Position numbers and translations under genes: made by a program
Part shown: positions 60,778 to 64,000 of the stretch, one piece after another
Layout of the letters: each line of letters opens with the position of its first letter
Numbering within the stretch: position 1 is the stretch's first letter
NCBI RefSeq assembly: GCF_006345805.1
Contig: NC_043021.1
Coordinates: 6,386,001 to 6,450,000 of the forward strand
DNA length: 64,000 nucleotides
Direction: 5' to 3'
Source: Octopus sinensis
Taxonomy: Eukaryota
The notes under the pieces: model-generated
What the model saw: only the letters and a program-made list of their open reading frames with translations
Told to the model about the DNA's origin: nothing
Database searches by the model: none

Positions 60778-61824
60778 TTCCACTAGCATGAGTGCCAATC
60801 AGGCGGTACTGTCATCGGCTACATCAGCGATTTTAGTTTGTTTACACTTTCCTCAACAGGTCTTCACAAGCAAAGTTCATTGTCCAATGAATGAGAGGTA
60901 CTCATAAGTGGCCCCGGTTACACCCCACTCTTGGATGTGCTTTTAATATTCCACTGGCACAAGTGCCAATCAGGCGGTACTGTCATCGGCTACATCAGCG
61001 ATTTTGTTTTGTTTTTACACACTTCCTCAACAGGTCTTCACAAGCAAAGTTCATTGTCCAGTGAAGAGAGGTACTCATAAGTGGCCCCGGTTACAAACAC
61101 ACCCCACTTCTTGCTTTTAATCACTGGCACAAGTGCCAATCAGTCTCGTCATCGGCTACATCAGCGATTTTGGTTTGTTTACACTTTCCTCAACAGTCTT
61201 CACAAGCAAAGTTCATTGTCCAGTGAATGAGAGGTACTCATAAGTGGCCCCGTTACACCCCACTCTTGGATGTGCTTTTAATATTACACTGGCACAAGTG
61301 CCAATCGCGGTACTGTCATCGGCTACATCAGCGATTTTGGTTTGTTTAAACTTTCTCAACAGGTCTTCACAAGCAAAGTTCATGTCCAATGACTGAGAGG
61401 TACTCATAAGTGGCCCCGGTTACACCACATCTTGGATGTGCTTTTAATATTCCACTGGCACAAGTGCCAATCAGGCGGTACTGTCATCGGCTACATCAGC
61501 GATTTTGGTTTGTTTACACTTTCCTCAACAGGTCTTCACAAGCAAAGTTCATTGTCCAATGAATGAGAGGTACTCATAAGTGGCCCCGGTTACACCCCAC
61601 TCTTGGATGTGCTTTTAATATTCCACTGGCACAAGTGCCAATCAGGCGGTACTGTCATCGGCTACATCAGCGATTTTGGTTTGTTTACACTTTCCTCAAC
61701 AGGTCTTCACAAGCAAAGTTCATTGTCCAATGAATGAGAGGTACTCATAAGTGGCCCCGGTTACACCCCACTCTTGGATGTGCTTTTAATATTCCACTAG
61801 CACAAGTGCCAATCAGGCGGTACT
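60778..61824 (-). repeat. 171-bp tandem array (six copies plus a partial) built from RTE 3' UTR sequence
   Basis: Units start at 60778, 60949, ~61119, ~61284, 61450, 61621 and 61792. The minus strand contains TGCTTGTGAAGACCTGTTGAG, as at about 52438. Confidence 0.92.
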
Positions 61825-61996
61825 GTAGTCAGCCACATAAGCAATTTTGATTTCACTCGACTCGATAGGTCTTCACAGAACTGCCAGACTGGCCCTCATG
61901 CCGGTGGCACGTAAAATGCACCCACTACACTCTTGGAGTGGTTGGCGTTAGGAAGGGCATCCAGCTGTAGAAACTCTGCCAGACCAGATTGAGCCT

Positions 61997-62265
61997 GGAT
62001 TATTACCTCTTCTGATCCATAGCTCACTTCCTGCTCTCACAAAACATCATCAACCAAGAGAAAGTAGAAGCTTCAGTGATGGAGTTCTTCACCTTGAAGT
62101 GCAAGAACTGTTATCAGCATGGGATCAAAGAACTGGCAGAATGGCAGCTTCGGGTGGTGCAACACAATTGCCTCTACTTTGAATGCCAGGCTGCTTTTGA
62201 AGGAAGTTGACAGATAAAGCAAATAAGCTACCAAAGTATTGCAAACCTTTTGTCTCAAAACAATA
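61997..62265 (+). pseudogene. Mariner transposase C-terminal fragment
   Basis: DYYLF*SIAHFL...EFF...YQHGIKELAEWQLRVVQHNCLYFE. Confidence 0.7.
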
Positions 62266-63139
62266 CAGTTGTAAGGTACTTTATATAAACATGTGTGTAT
62301 GTGTGTATATATTGTATAGATAGATAGATGGATAGATAGATAGTTCTGGGTTTAGTCCCACTGCGTGGCACCTTGGGCAAGTGTCTTCTACTATAGCCTC
62401 GGGCCGACCAAAGCCTTGTGAGTGGATTTGGTAGACGGAAACTGAAAGAAGCCCGTCGTATATATGTATGTATATAGCTTGTTTACCAACCACATGGTTC
62501 CGGGTTCAGTCCCACTGCGTGGCACCTTGGGCAAGTGTCTTCTACTATAGCCTCGGGCCGACCAAAGCCTTGTGAGTGGATTTGGTAGACGGAAACTGAA
62601 AGAAGCCCGTCGTATATATGTATACGTGTGTACATGTGTGTGTGTATGTTTGTGACTCTGTGTTTGTGCCCCCAACATCGCTTGATAACCGATGCTGGTG
62701 TGTTTACGTCCCCGTTACTTAGCAGTTCGGCAAAAGAGACCGATAGAATAAGTACTAGGCTTACAAAGAATAAGTCCTGGGGTCGATTTGCTTGACTAAA
62801 AGGCGGTGTTCCAGCATGGCCACAGTCACATGACTGAAACATGTAAAAGAGTTGTTTTATTCTGCCATTACTCAGATTTTTCACTTGTACAGGTAACAAA
62901 AATATGCATACCTGCATATGTGTAGGTAAGTGTAAGAGATAATAGAATGTATAGAATTTAAGCGAGACAACCGAACCAAGGAATTGAACTCAAGACCTCA
63001 GTGGAACTAAACCACCTGTAGATTACCACCTCGTTTGTTTAAGTTTTCGATCTCAGTGAAATCAAGTGATGAGAAGCAATAAAGAACTAATTAGATGATA
63101 GATGATTAATGAAGGTATTGTGTTCCTCTCCCTCTCTCT

Positions 63140-63490
63140 GTCTCGTGTATGTATACTTAGAGAGAGGAGAGGGAGAGAGGGAGAGGGAGAAAGGGAGAGA
63201 GATAGAGAGAGGGAGAGGGAAAGAGAGAGAGGGATAGATAGAGAGGGAAAGAGAGAGGGAGAGGGAAAGAGAGATAGGGCTAGATAGAGGGGGAAAAGAG
63301 AGAGAGGGAGAGATAGAGAGGGAAAGAGAGAGAGACGGGGAGAGATAGAGAGAGAGGGAAATAGAGAGAAAGGGAAAGAGAGAGAGATAGAGAGGGAAAG
63401 AGAGACAGGGAGAGATAGAGAGAGAAATAGAGAGAGAGAGGGAAAGGGAGAGAGAGAGAAAGGGAGAGAGAGAGAGAGAGAGAGGAGGCT
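63140..63490. repeat. GA-rich polypurine tract
   Basis: Direct reading. Confidence 0.9.
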
Positions 63491-63583
63491 GTTACTTCTT
63501 CAGATGTCAGCGCAGGAGACATGGGAGAGAAAGAGGTAGTGACCAAAGAAGGGGGACAGAAACAGACAGGCAGAGATTAAAAG

Positions 63584-63641
<58 letters not shown>

Positions 63642-64000
63642 GTATAGAGATAAAGACGGAATGAGCCGGAGGCAAAGAAACATAGATATAGAAGACAGAT
63701 GAGAGAAGAGAGAGAGAGAGAGAGATGAGAGAGAGACTGAGAATGAAAGAGAGAGAGAGAATAGGAGAGGTATATTTTTGTTATCTGAATGAATAAACAA
63801 AATAAAAGAAAGAATATCGCCGCGCAGAGGCTGCAGCAGAAGAAGGAAATAGAAAGAGAATCAAGGGAAATAAGCGAAAATAATGGTAGAATTCACTGAT
63901 ACTAGTACTTCTTTTGCACAACACAGTAATGCTATTACTACTGGTGATGCGGTTGTTGTTGATGTTGTGGTGGTGTTGTTGTTATTGCTGTTGCCATTCC

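Noticed and set aside
60778-61824. CRISPR-like periodic arrays (also 53283-53490 and 39424-39901)
   Set aside because: Whole units repeat with no unique spacers, there are no cas genes, and the context is eukaryotic.

Overview
Repeat-saturated, AT-rich eukaryotic DNA, very probably from an Octopus genome (inferred from the SINE families and the extreme microsatellite density). I can support no intact host protein-coding gene, tRNA or rRNA gene. Almost all long ORFs in the track are translations of microsatellites. The window is a mosaic of three tRNA-head SINE families, RTE-type LINE tails, R4/Dong-type LINE pieces in (AAT)n tracts, a CR1-type LINE 3' end, a decayed Ty3/Gypsy LTR element, mariner/DD37D relics, TTAA-flanked piggyBac-type MITEs, Helitron-like non-autonomous elements and Penelope-like (PLE) GIY-YIG relics. 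The main discovery is a set of type I hammerhead ribozyme (HHR) motifs, found by reading and folding by eye. (1) A head-to-tail array of four ~195-201 bp units at 33925-34714 carries one HHR per unit, a retrozyme-like layout. (2) A canonical GUC-site HHR lies on the minus strand at 58913-59005. (3) An HHR family at 31946-31996 and 38933-38983 has the core GUGAACA, a compensatory G3-C8 swap of the C3-G8 tertiary pair. (4) A minimal HHR at 10828-10870 has a U3-A8 swap. (5) A decayed minimal HHR lies at 29363-29396. All have palindromic or palindrome-derived helix III, which suggests dimer-dependent cleavage. HHRs in PLEs and metazoan retrozymes are known classes; whether these particular families and core variants are undescribed, and whether they cleave, needs searches and assays I cannot run.
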